In this document: positions 1 to 9,732 of the stretch, in pieces
How positions within the stretch are numbered: position 1 is the stretch's first letter
Layout: each line of letters begins with the position of its first letter
Virus record (IMG/VR): IMGVR_UViG_3300045988_163663
DNA length: 49,064 bases
From: a virus
Reading direction: 5' to 3' (one strand)
Notes under the pieces: generated by a model
Databases searched by the model: none
What the model saw: only the letters and a program-made list of their open reading frames with translations
What the model was told of the DNA's origin: nothing
Program-made: the position numbers and the translations under genes

Positions 1-2
1 GC

Positions 3-257
3 GAACAAAATCAATTACTTACTCTACTTCTTATTAATACAATAAAAGAAAAACTTCCTGATACTAAAATTTATATTTGGACTGGGTATTACTATGAAGA
101 TTTAATTAAGCAAATTACTAATGGTAAGCTTCAAGAAATTCTTAAAAAAGCTGATGTATTAATTGACGGTCCATATATTCAGTCTCAAAGAGATATTACA
201 CTATCAATGAGAGGTAGTAAAAATCAAAATATTATAAACTTAAAGGAGATGAATTAA
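3..257 (+). CDS. nrdG: Anaerobic ribonucleotide reductase activating protein (NrdG-like radical SAM activase), C-terminal fragment; truncated by the window start
   Basis: Frame 3 is open from base 3 to TAA at 255-257. The C-terminal motif ...ADVLIDGPYIQSQRDITLSMRGSKNQNIIN matches NrdG C-termini (DGPF/Y ... RGSSNQRII). Confidence 0.5.
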   Translation, partial: EQNQLLTLLLINTIKEKLPDTKIYIWTGYYYEDLIKQITNGKLQEILKKADVLIDGPYIQSQRDITLSMRGSKNQNIINLKEMN

Positions 258-772
258 TGAGATACAGAGGAAAGATTGCCAATTTAGAAGAAGCAATATA
301 GAAAGAACCAAAAGTAGGAGATGTATTCTATAACACAACTGATACCCACAACTATGTCTGGTCCGGCACTGAATGGGGTGTATTAGCAGATGGTGTCGAT
401 TTTAAAATGAGCAATTATGAATTAAATAAATGTGTAATTGGCCAAATGAAAGAACTAACTCCAGAAGAAATAGATAAAAAATTAGAAGTTATTGATACCT
501 ATGTTCAAGAAAGTTTTAATAAGTATTTTATGCTTTTATGTAATGAATTAAATTATTATACAGTATTTGAAACTAATAGCTTGAGCAATGATAATCCTTA
601 TCTTAATATGACTTCTGCCGTTTATGATATTATTAAAGATTTAGGACAGATTAAAGACATTAATGATAGTGGTTCTGGGGCAGTTGAAATTTGGATTACA
701 AATAACGATGAAACTCATTGTTATCATTTATTCGATTATGATGCTGGCATTGTTCCAGTGATAGGGAGATAA
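257..772 (+). CDS. Hypothetical protein, 171 aa, with an in-frame TAG at 299-301
   Basis: ATG at 257 overlaps the nrdG stop (TAATG). Reading through TAG at 299 joins in frame to track ORF 407-772. Stop is TAA. Confidence 0.4.
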
Positions 773-774
773 TT

Positions 775-1035
775 ATGTTATTTACTTATTTTGATTTATT
801 TAATACAACACAAATTATTTATTACCAAGGTCCAAATGATAAAAAGCCTATTATGGTTTGCACTTGCCGTCTTGATAATCTTAGTGATACTTTAACTAAG
901 CTATCAGAACAATATAAAGATAGTGATATTCATCTTTATGGTAATCAAACTTATGGCGAAGGTCTTAAAGAAACTATTGAAAATTCTTTAATTACTAAGT
1001 ATAGTAATAATAATATTAAAGTTTATGTAAATTAA
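775..1035 (+). CDS. Hypothetical protein, 86 aa
   Basis: Intact ORF. GGGAG ribosome-binding site 7 nt upstream of the ATG. Stop is TAA. Confidence 0.4.
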   Translation: MLFTYFDLFNTTQIIYYQGPNDKKPIMVCTCRLDNLSDTLTKLSEQYKDSDIHLYGNQTYGEGLKETIENSLITKYSNNNIKVYVN

Positions 1036-1046
1036 TAGGAGAAAAT

Positions 1047-1322
1047 ATGTTTGAATATTTAATTAATACTACTGAAGTATATAGAGTAGACACAGAAAAA
1101 GAAGCAGCTGAGCTTATTAATAATGCTAAGTAGGATAGAGAATATGATTTAGCTAAATATTCTTCTACAAAGAAAGAACGTAAATAGAAGGGCGAGATTA
1201 TTGATGAATGGTATCAAGTAACCCTTGTAAAAAAATTTAATGATGAAAAAGAACCGACAGATCATATTTCACTTTGTTATACAACCAGAACTAATTTTGA
1301 CGGGGAGACTATAATTAACTAA
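1047..1322 (+). CDS. Hypothetical protein, ~91 aa, with two in-frame TAG codons (1131, 1185)
   Basis: AGGAG ribosome-binding site then ATG at 1047. The frame stays open through two TAGs until TAA at 1320-1322, which overlaps the dut ATG (TAATG). Confidence 0.4.
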
Positions 1323-1870
1323 TGAGTATTTATTTTGAAAAGGTAAGTAAATATAATAATTGGGATTTACCAATGCCAGAACGTAAGACTAAATATAGTG
1401 CTGGTTATGATTTTGCATCTGCTGAAGATGTTGTAATTCCTTCATATACCCATATTGTAGAAGTTTTTAAAAATGGGGCAGCTACTAACGATATTATTTC
1501 TTTGAATGATATGGCTAAAATTACTAAGGGACTTAATTTAAAACCTACTCTTATCCCTACTGGAATGAAGTGCCATATGGAAGATGGACAATTCCTTGAA
1601 CTATCTGTTCGTTCTTCTTTACCCTTAAAGCATTGGATTATTATGGCTAATAGTGTTGGCATCATTGATGCTGATTATTATAACAATCCTGATAATGAGG
1701 GTCATATTTATTTTCAATTAATTAATCTCTCACCTTTTGATATTGAAATTGCCAAGGGCGATATTATTGGTCAAGGGATTATTCGTAATTATCTTATTAC
1801 AGATGATGATAAAGCTAAAGGTACAAGAATTGGCGGATTTGGTTCAACCAGTAAGGACGTTAATAATTAA
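1322..1870 (+). CDS. dut: dUTP diphosphatase (dUTPase)
   Basis: 182-aa ORF with the conserved dUTPase motifs AGYDF, RSSLP, GIIDADY and C-terminal RIGGFGSTSK. No in-frame TAG. Stop is TAA. Confidence 0.85.
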   Translation: MSIYFEKVSKYNNWDLPMPERKTKYSAGYDFASAEDVVIPSYTHIVEVFKNGAATNDIISLNDMAKITKGLNLKPTLIPTGMKCHMEDGQFLELSVRSSLPLKHWIIMANSVGIIDADYYNNPDNEGHIYFQLINLSPFDIEIAKGDIIGQGIIRNYLITDDDKAKGTRIGGFGSTSKDVNN

Positions 1871-1912
1871 TCAATAAATAATAATCTCCTTCTATAATAG
1901 GAGGAGATTTAT

Positions 1913-2395
1913 ATGAATTTTTTATTTTTAGACTTATCCACAAAATCTACTGGATACGCTATATCAGATGACAAAGGTAAATTAATTACTTATGGATTAA
2001 TTACTGCATCTTCTTCTAATAATGTAAGCCGTATCCAAAAGATACAAAGTGGAATTATTGAATTAGTAAAATAGTATAATATAGAAAAATTAATAGCTGA
2101 AGATGTTCATCCAGAAGCTTATGGCTACTCAGATACAGCTCGTTTACTTATGTGGCTTCAAGGCTCTATAGTCCTTGGTGCTCATAGTGTAAATGATAAT
2201 ATAAATTCCAAAAGCATAGAATTTATGCAAGCTAGTGAATGGCGAAAAAATTTAGGAATTAAAACAGGTCGCGGTATTAAACGTGAAAACCTCAAGCCTC
2301 TTGATATAAAATATGTAAAAGATACATACGGTATTGAGGCCAATGATGATGTCTGCGATGCTATATGTTTATATACTGCATATTTTAAATCATAG
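1913..2395 (+). CDS. RuvC-family Holliday junction resolvase (phage type) with an in-frame TAG at 2072-2074
   Basis: AGGAGG ribosome-binding site and ATG at 1913. N-terminus MNFLFLDLSTKSTGYAI and C-terminus ...DDVCDAICLYTAYFKS are RuvC-like. The ORF is only complete if TAG at 2072 is translated. It ends at tandem TAG-TAG (2393-2398); if these are also read, it continues 6 codons to TGA at 2417-2419. Confidence 0.65.
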
Positions 2396-2505
2396 TAGGA
2401 TGAATTAAATTGGGAATGACGGGCAATTTTATACAATTATATAATTCTTTCTTTCATTTATAATATGAGAAAGAGCGACAAATTCATGTCGGGAGGATTA
2501 TATAA

Positions 2506-2937
2506 ATGTTAGAATTTATCACAACACATCTGCTTGAAATTATTTTTGGATTAATTTCTGCGGGCGCCCTAGCTTTTTGCAAACATCTTCATAGCAAAAT
2601 GAAAACTTATAAAAAACTAACTGAAGAAAAAGAGAATAGTACTTTAGATAATACAATTGAAACTCATATTGAGCCAATTCGTCAAGAAATTGAAGAACTA
2701 CGAAAGTATGTACTAGAAAGCAATAAAATTGCAAATAATCATATGGATGTAATTTTAGCTTCTTATCGTTTTAGATTGACTCAATTATGTAAAGCCTATA
2801 TCCAGCAAGGATTTATGACAAATGGTGAGTACGAACAATTAGTAGAATTTTATAAAGTTTATACTAGCTTGGGCGGAAATGGTCAAGCAAAGACTTATTA
2901 TGAACGGGCAATCCAATTACCTGTCCATGACGTATAA
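2506..2937 (+). CDS. Membrane protein with an N-terminal transmembrane helix and a coiled coil (holin-like or XhlA-like?)
   Basis: GGGAGG ribosome-binding site. 143 aa with the hydrophobic N-terminus LLEIIFGLISAGALAF. TAA stop is followed by a terminator hairpin. Confidence 0.45.
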   Translation: MLEFITTHLLEIIFGLISAGALAFCKHLHSKMKTYKKLTEEKENSTLDNTIETHIEPIRQEIEELRKYVLESNKIANNHMDVILASYRFRLTQLCKAYIQQGFMTNGEYEQLVEFYKVYTSLGGNGQAKTYYERAIQLPVHDV

Positions 2938-2947
2938 GAATAAAAAT

Positions 2948-2978
2948 AAGGGGAAGTAATTACTTCCCCTTATTTTTA
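2948..2978. terminator. Bidirectional rho-independent terminator
   Basis: Perfect hairpin aaggggaagt/acttcccctt (2948-2971) with a 4-nt loop. It is flanked by an A-run upstream and a T-run downstream, and lies between convergent genes. Confidence 0.7.
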
Positions 2979-3476
2979 TTCTTATACAATTTTTGTAGCT
3001 AATGTGGCTATCTTTCTTTGTAATAATTGTTTTTCTTCAGGAGTAGCATCCTGAATCATTTCTAAAAGATCAGAAGTTAGAACTTGGGCATAATCTTCTA
3101 ACTCTCTCATCTATTGGGCCTAGTCCATATGGTGTTCCTTACTTTCAATATAGGATTTACGCTTCATTGGGCTATGGCCCATTTTTTTACTATCATCATT
3201 CATTCCGCCTGTGCCTGTATAACTATAACCATTATATCCGCCATCATAATCCTTATTATAATGTTTATCTCCATAATAATCATTATTTACATAATAAGGA
3301 TATGGATTTTTGCGTTTACGAGGATCTTTCATCATACCGATGCCATAAATTTCTTCTTCCTTGTTCTCTAACATAGCATCTACGATTGATCCATAATAAC
3401 AAGCTTCGGCCAAATCTTTAATCATATCAATGACTTCTCCCATTTCATGGGTATCTGCTTGTTGAGGATTAGCCAT
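2976..3476 (-). CDS. Tyr/Gly/Asn-rich protein (spore-coat-like composition), ~166 aa, with TAG read-through
   Basis: Track ORF 3120-3476 ends at TAG. Reading through TAG 3120 and TAG 3111 yields a coherent helical tail ...MRELEDYAQVLTSDLLEMIQDATPEEKQLLQEKIATLATKI. This ends at TAA 2976-2978, right at the terminator. Confidence 0.45.
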
Positions 3477-3535
3477 TTGCTATTCAACTAAAGTTATTAA
3501 ACTATTTTTAATCTAACATAATTTTTCCATCATAG

Positions 3536-3955
3536 TTAAGCCACCCTTTCTATAATAAGACTGGCATTTTCAACACTAACGGCAGAAACACTGGTATTCT
3601 CAACACTTATCTATTGGCAACATCCACGTGGAACATTTAAAAATAAAGCACGAGAAATACTATTAAACTATTCTACTGCGGTTGGAGTTGAAATCATTGT
3701 AGTTTCTGCAACAGGCTCCCCATTAATAGCTATTGCCAAAGAAATAGGAGCTACAGTTGCACCAGTTGGAAGAGCTACATTAGCTCCAAAAGTAACCTTA
3801 AATCTGGCTCTACATTGATTAGTTATACCTCGTAAAGTTACTAATCCGCTACCTTCACGATGAACCATGGCGCAACTGCCTGGAACAGCGGTATTAGTAA
3901 ACACTACATTACCATTGGCATTTACCGTTTGTAAAGCATTAGCTGTTATTTCCAT
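3536..3955 (-). CDS. Beta-sandwich protein resembling BclA C-terminal / C1q-TNF-like domains, ~139 aa
   Basis: Track ORF 3668-3955 continues through TAG (3668, 3611) to TAA 3536-3538. The Gly/Ala/Thr/Val-rich sequence ...GLVTLRGITNQCRARFKVTFGANVALPTGATV... is reminiscent of exosporium BclA C-terminal-domain-type folds. Confidence 0.35.
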
Positions 3956-3975
3956 TTTTTAACCTCTTTTCTTTA

Positions 3976-4827
3976 TTAAGCAGTATACTAGCATCCACAT
4001 CCAGTATAATTAGTTCCTGCATAAGGATTTTGAACAACATAAGCTGGGATAGGAGCTTTGCTGCTTAATTGGTCTATTAAATAAGCATTCTGTAAGTTTT
4101 GAGAAATTTGACCTTTAAGAGTAGCATTTTCAGCAGTAAGAGTTTCAATCTTATCTTGAACAAGGAAATCAAGGATAGAACGCATACTAGCATTAGTATT
4201 GTCAATAATATCTCTTACTCCTTCATTAACTACTTGACGGTTTTGACAAGCTTGACTTGCTAAATTATAATTTAAATCAGCGAAGCTTGATGTAATAAGA
4301 TTCTTATTCTCGCAGCAGCAATGAGCATTTGTTGCTGCCATATTATTTAATTGCTGAGAAAGAGCGTTTGTGTTCTACATATTAGCAATAGTATCAGCAT
4401 TAATAGCTTGAGTAATACCAAAAGTATTCTACATAGCATTCATGCCTAAATTACTAATATCAGATTGCAAAGTACGAGCATTTCCATTTAAAGTTTCAGT
4501 AACGCCTGCAAAGCCAGTTAATAAATTATTATTAACGCCAGCAAAACCATTACATAAACCTGTCTGTAAAGAATTAATGCCAGACTTAATGTCGCTTACA
4601 TCAAAGCCATAAGTTAATTCTTCTCTTGTTGTAGTTCCCTGATATCCAGAACCATTGGCGCCATTACCCCAGCCATTTCCGCCCCAGCCATTGAAGCAGA
4701 AAAGGAAGAGAATAATTATCCACCATGCACCATTACCCCACATACCATCATCACCATTACGGTATCCATTACCGCTTGTGGCTGCGGCAATATCAGCTAA
4801 ACTATAACCATTACTTGTGTTGAACAT
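3976..4827 (-). CDS. Membrane protein with a YjcZ-like Gly/Asn/Trp-rich N-terminus and a Cys-rich C-terminus, ~283 aa
   Basis: AAAGGAGG ribosome-binding site and ATG at 4827. Track ORFs 4429-4827 and 3988-4341 are in one frame, joined by TAG codons at 4429, 4375 and 3988. TAA stop at 3976. It has the hydrophobic stretch WWIIILFLFCF and C-terminal CCC / CGC motifs. Confidence 0.45.
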
Positions 4828-4853
4828 AAAAATGTCCTCCTTTAATAAATATA

Positions 4854-5090
4854 TTATTTAATTCCAAGCTATTGCTTAAAGGAACTAAATTCTTTATCAA
4901 AGTCTAATCCTTTCTATGCACACATGTTACGTGCTATTTGCTCTATTCCACTAATATTTCCATTCTATGCCATCTATAACAAATTATTCGCCATTGGATT
5001 ATTCTGTTGCTATAAAAATGACATCATTAGCTATTGAGGATTAGACCCACTTCTTATCATTTGAATAATCTACATAGGATTCATCTGCAT
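4854..5090 (-). CDS. Small Gln-rich protein, ~78 aa, with 7 in-frame TAG codons
   Basis: AAGGAG ribosome-binding site 9 nt before ATG at 5090. Translation with TAG=Q gives MQMNPMQIIQMIRSGSNPQQLMMSFLQQQNNPMANNLLQMAQNG... TAA stop at 4854-4856. Confidence 0.35.
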
Positions 5091-5103
5091 AATTCATTAC
5101 TCC

Positions 5104-5535
5104 TTAAAAATTAATCTGTGGTTTAGACTGTTCTTCTACTTTTGGCTATTGTTTTTGCTGCTAAGTCTACTAAGCTATCATATTTAATGCACCTTTAATA
5201 TCATTTAATGTTTCATCAAATTCCTAACGAGTAACAAAATTAGATGAATTAAAAGCTTCAGTAGGAACTTCTTTATACTCATACATATTCATAGATGCTG
5301 TTCCATCTAAATTAATTTGCTTAGTATAAATCCTTTTATTAGCCAAATCAGGAAAGAAAAATACAGAACCATCAAAATCAATAGCAGCAGCTCTTGCCTC
5401 CTCTAATGAAGAAACTGGCCGACCTTTTAACCCAATAAAAGCTGGCTATTGCTACTAACTTGAAGGTATTATTGTATTTGCTCTTTGTGGTTGATAATAA
5501 CTTTGATTATTTCCAAAACCTTGATATAAATTCAT
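5104..5535 (-). CDS. Hypothetical Gln-rich protein, ~143 aa
   Basis: AAGAAAGGA ribosome-binding site then ATG at 5535. In-frame TAG codons fall within Gln runs (SSQQQQP, IAQQTQQQKQQPK). TAA stop at 5104-5106. Confidence 0.4.
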
Positions 5536-5667
5536 AACTAAAATCCTTTCTTATTTATTCTTTCCATAGGTATATAAAAATTATTGTCAAATAATTTCCC
5601 AATTTTGTCAAAATTTTTGGGAAAAAATTTAGGGCATTTTAATATAATAAATAAGCATAAAAAAAAA

Positions 5668-5698
5668 TGGGAGAACCGCATTGGTTCTCCCATTTTAT
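5668..5698. terminator. Bidirectional rho-independent terminator
   Basis: Hairpin gggagaacc-gcat-tggttctccc flanked by an A9 run and a T-rich run. It directly follows the stop of the holin-like gene (5698). Confidence 0.7.
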
Positions 5699-6105
5699 TA
5701 TTTTGTTTCTGTTGGAGTAATTTTATTTGAATTAACTTCTTTCTCAATTTTAGAAGAAATATATTCATTGAGATCTCCAACAGCAGAATTCAAATATTCA
5801 ATAGCATCTTGACCTAAAATAGCAATTACTTTATTATAAACATCAGTAAATGCTTTTTTCTAAGCTTCACCATCAAATTTTCCTTGCTATTTTAATGAAT
5901 TAACATAAGTCTAATTCATTGCAATAACACAATCAGTAATTGTATTATCAAGCATGTCTAAATATTTTTTAGCTAATTCACTATCTGTTTGTTGCTTTAA
6001 AGCGTCCTTTTTAGATTTAATCCAAGTAACTAAGAATGTCGTTAAAATTCCAAGTAAAGGAATAATACAAATTTGAAATATTTGCGCAACTAATTGAGCA
6101 TCCAT
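5698..6105 (-). CDS. Putative holin (BhlA/UviB-like: N-terminal transmembrane helix plus coiled coil), ~135 aa
   Basis: AAGGAGG ribosome-binding site then ATG at 6105. N-terminus MDAQLVAQIFQICIIPLLGILTTFLVTWIKSKKD is a transmembrane helix followed by a charged coiled coil. Read-through at TAG 5911, 5887 and 5860. TAA stop at 5698. Confidence 0.4.
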
Positions 6106-6118
6106 TTAAAATTCCTCC

Positions 6119-9016
6119 TTAATCTAAATAATCTGTAATATAAACATTTTGCCCAAAAACATAAGGAGAAGAATCTGGATATTTTTCACTTATGACTTCA
6201 ATAGATATATCATTCTTTAAGTTAAATTCATAAGTTACTTCAGCATATCCCCATAATCCTTCTGACGGAGCAACCTAACATTTAGCAGATTCTTTCATCA
6301 ACGTATTATTATAAAAAATTTTACTAGTTATTTCTCCTATTTCCGTTGTAGATTTATTTCTACTAAGTGTATGAATTGTTATTTTATCTCCTTCTTTAGC
6401 TGTAAATTTTGGAATATTTGTTTTTGAGATTCCATCAATAGATATTGAAGTATCTACAAGATTTTTTGTAGTAATTCCAATCCATTTATTCCAAACTAAA
6501 TTATTGTTTAAATATTGAGTATCTAAATACCAACTAGAATAAGCAGTTTTTTTACTAATTTCTTGCTAAGGATTCTATTGTATTGAAATAATAGAATCCT
6601 GGCTGTTACCTGAAACAGATATTAAATCCCAATTATTTTGAATATAAAGTCCCCAATAACTGCTAGTTAATGTAGGATTATAAAAATTAATAAGAATTAC
6701 TTCTCCACTGTCAGAATTAATTGTTAAATCAGGCAAATTAGCCCCAGCATTATCTCCAAAATTAATTATTAACTATGGAGTGCTACTACCTGCATTTTTT
6801 ATTGCTTCTTGATTTAATTTAGTTCCATTTAATATTTGTTTGATAATAAATTCTAATCCATCATTAACATGATCTACATAATATGTTTTTAAAATATTGT
6901 AATTAAAAATATAATCATTATTACCATTGCCCTCAGAACCTTCATAAACAATATTATTTGATAAATGTTCTACAGCAGTTATATTAATAATTTTTTTAGC
7001 TAATGGGATTCCAGGCAAACCAGTTAAAGTACCAATTTTTTCCCAATTATCAAATAAAAACTCCTAATCTTCTAATGATTGGACTGGATCTTTTTTATAC
7101 TAAAAAATATGTCCACGTGTAGAATCACTTAAATTATCTGTAATATTAATAAATAAATCATTTTTAGAAAGAATAGGACCAATATAACTCTCTTTATTAC
7201 CTATTACTTTTTCAATATTATTATTAATTGTATCTATAGAAACAGTTAATCCAGAATTTTTAGGAGTAAGGATATGAATAGGCAAAGGAGTTTCTAAATC
7301 GATTTGTTCCATATTTTTACTTATAGGTTTTATATTAGATACTTTATAAGTCTATTCATTTTTAACATTTATAGTTTTTATTGATATATCAGGATATTTA
7401 GGAATGGAAAAATTAAAAATTTCCTAATAAGTACCAATATTATCTTCTTCTAAAATACTACTTTCAACTACAATCTAATTTTTAATATAACTATTATCTT
7501 TATCTTTAATAAAAGAATCAACTAATTCTGTTTTAGCTAATGGAGCCGGTGCTGTAATAGCCCCTAAATAAATGCCAGTAATCTAAGAAGAAGTTATCTC
7601 ATATAAGCTATAAATTTTCCCAGTTGGCTCATTTATATAGAAATCAGCTTTATAGCCATTATTAGTTATATCATAAAAATGATCTCCTAATGTAGCATAT
7701 TCAGCTAATATTGATAAACAATAATTAGCTATACTACTATTTTCAAAATAATATACAGAACTAATGTCATCTTTTTTATTATTATTTATTAACTTTAATA
7801 AAATATTAAATAAAGAATATATTATTTGATCAACCTAAACCAAAGATCTAGGATACATATCATTAAATAAATAAAATAAATTCTATTGGCTACTTGGATT
7901 ATATTCTGAATCTATCCAGTACCATTCATATTCTAACTCATTTTTAATTTGCTATAATTTAAAATTATCAACTAAATAAGTATATAATTGCTAAGATAAT
8001 TTAGTTATTTTTAAATTATTTTGAGGATTAAATAAAACTCTTTCATCAGGCTAAGCATATATTGCATTTAAATTATTATTGAAAAAATGTTTATTATCAA
8101 TAATATTCCCATTTTCATTATATATTACTTTATCTTCTTTTAGGATATGTAATAAATAATACGAAATTCGTGATAGTATAGAAACCTAATTTTTCCGAAT
8201 TGTATATTTATAATCATAATTTTGATATCCATAAATTTTATAATTACCCATATTATGAAAATAAGATAATGGTCCTAATCCAAATAAAGAACCAGAAAAA
8301 AATGTTGGAGCTTTAGGCAAATCAAAAGTTAATTGAGGCCTAGTTAATGTTGCTGTCTTAATATTTCCATTTTTATCAAAATAAGTTCCTTCAGTTTTAA
8401 AATAAACATTTGGATCTTCCTAAGAGCCAACTATATTTTTATATACTTCTTCAATACGCTATCCACGTTGTAAATAAAATTTAATTTTAGGAGTATCAGG
8501 ATTGGTTAAATCTAAAGTAACATAAGGATCTCCATCTTCAATATCTATAGTCTAATGAAATACTTGAATACGAGGAGTAACGCCAGTTACGCAAGCAATT
8601 AAACGATATCCAAAACCAAAACATTCTTCACTTTCTAAATCAGATACTTCATGAAGAGATTCTCCATATTCTTCTTTATTATCTTCTTCTAAATTTAAGA
8701 AAATATAAATATTATTATCATTCTAAGGAAAATCTGGAGAAACTGTTAAATTTCTATCTACATAGATTTTCTACCACAATGAATTAGTATATGATTTTCC
8801 GCTATCTTTTAAATCTATCTAAAGATTAGTATTATAGTTGGAGGTTTCTTCATTCATATAAGATGGATCACCATAATTAATAAAAACATAATCTCCAACA
8901 TTCACAGGAGAAGTCCATCTTGCTTTTAAATCTCCAACCATGTCAATAGCACGATTGGCAAATATTCGTGTTATTTTAAAGTCTTGCCCTTTTTGTCCAC
9001 CATAAAAGCTATACAT
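6119..9016 (-). CDS. Tail fibre / receptor-binding-like protein, ~965 aa
   Basis: ATG at 9016 with an AAGGGGGAG ribosome-binding site. Track fragments 8819-9016, 7100-7312 and 6773-7018 share one frame and every fragment end is TAG. True stop is TAA at 6119-6121. Composition is Asn/Ser/Thr-rich and beta-rich. Confidence 0.5.
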
Positions 9017-9019
9017 TTA

Positions 9020-9721
9020 TTACTCTCCCCCTTTATATGTTTCATAAGTAAAGTCTATAATTATATTATATAAATCTACAATAGTTGGATCAGGTATATA
9101 TACTCCTGCTTTACCTTTTAAATAAATTCCTAAACCGCTTTTATACTAAGTTATATAATTTTGATGAGCATTATTATATTCAGTCCAATATTCTGAACCA
9201 GCTTCAGTGCGATCAGGAGCCAAACCTAATGTTTTTTCTAAATCATTAATTTTCTATAAAAATGTATCTCTTGCTACTTTCATTATTCCAGTTCCAGTAG
9301 CCTATAACTATTGACTCAATTCTTTATTTATAATATAATTCTAAGGACGTTGAAATCTTAAATAATTAATTACAATATCATCATTAAGTTCATAAATACC
9401 AGTACGTCCAACCATAATCCATTCCCCAGTATCTTGCGTAGTTGCTTTATTAAAAGTGAATTTAGTACCAGGGGGTGCCTAAATGCCTATTTTTTTTACA
9501 TTATTGAAGCCTTTTAAAATATTAGCCCCAAAAATATCTATTTTTTTATTTTCATAATCTGTTTCATCATTTGTAGTAGTTTCAGTAGAATCATTTAAAT
9601 TATTCTAATATACAGCACTATATACTAATTCAGATAAATCTCCCTATTTAGTAGAAACTAATCCACCAGAACCACCATAGTCCTCTAAATTATAAACAAT
9701 TTGTTTAAATTGAATTCCCAT
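9020..9721 (-). CDS. Tail-associated protein, ~233 aa
   Basis: AGGAGG ribosome-binding site and ATG at 9721, immediately after the TAA of the upstream gene. Several in-frame TAGs. Tandem TAA-TAA stop at 9017-9022. Confidence 0.45.
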
Positions 9722-9732
9722 TATTTACCTCC

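Noticed and set aside
3114-3376. Plus-strand ORFs 3114-3371 and 3167-3376 (low-complexity, Ile/Tyr/His-rich)
   Set aside because: They lie antisense to the Tyr/Gly-rich minus-strand gene. Their composition is a mirror artefact of the AT-rich coding strand. There is no ribosome-binding site.
5595-5630. Pair of TTGACA motifs (ttttgacaaaattgggaaattatttgacaat) resembling the -35/spacer of the 29-bp promoters
   Set aside because: No -10 hexamer lies at the correct spacing, so it was not called a promoter. It may be an operator or a degenerate promoter copy.
5538-5780. Minus-strand ORF 5538-5780 (80 aa)
   Set aside because: It spans the bidirectional terminator and the promoter region. It is out of frame with the holin-like gene, which properly ends at TAA 5698.
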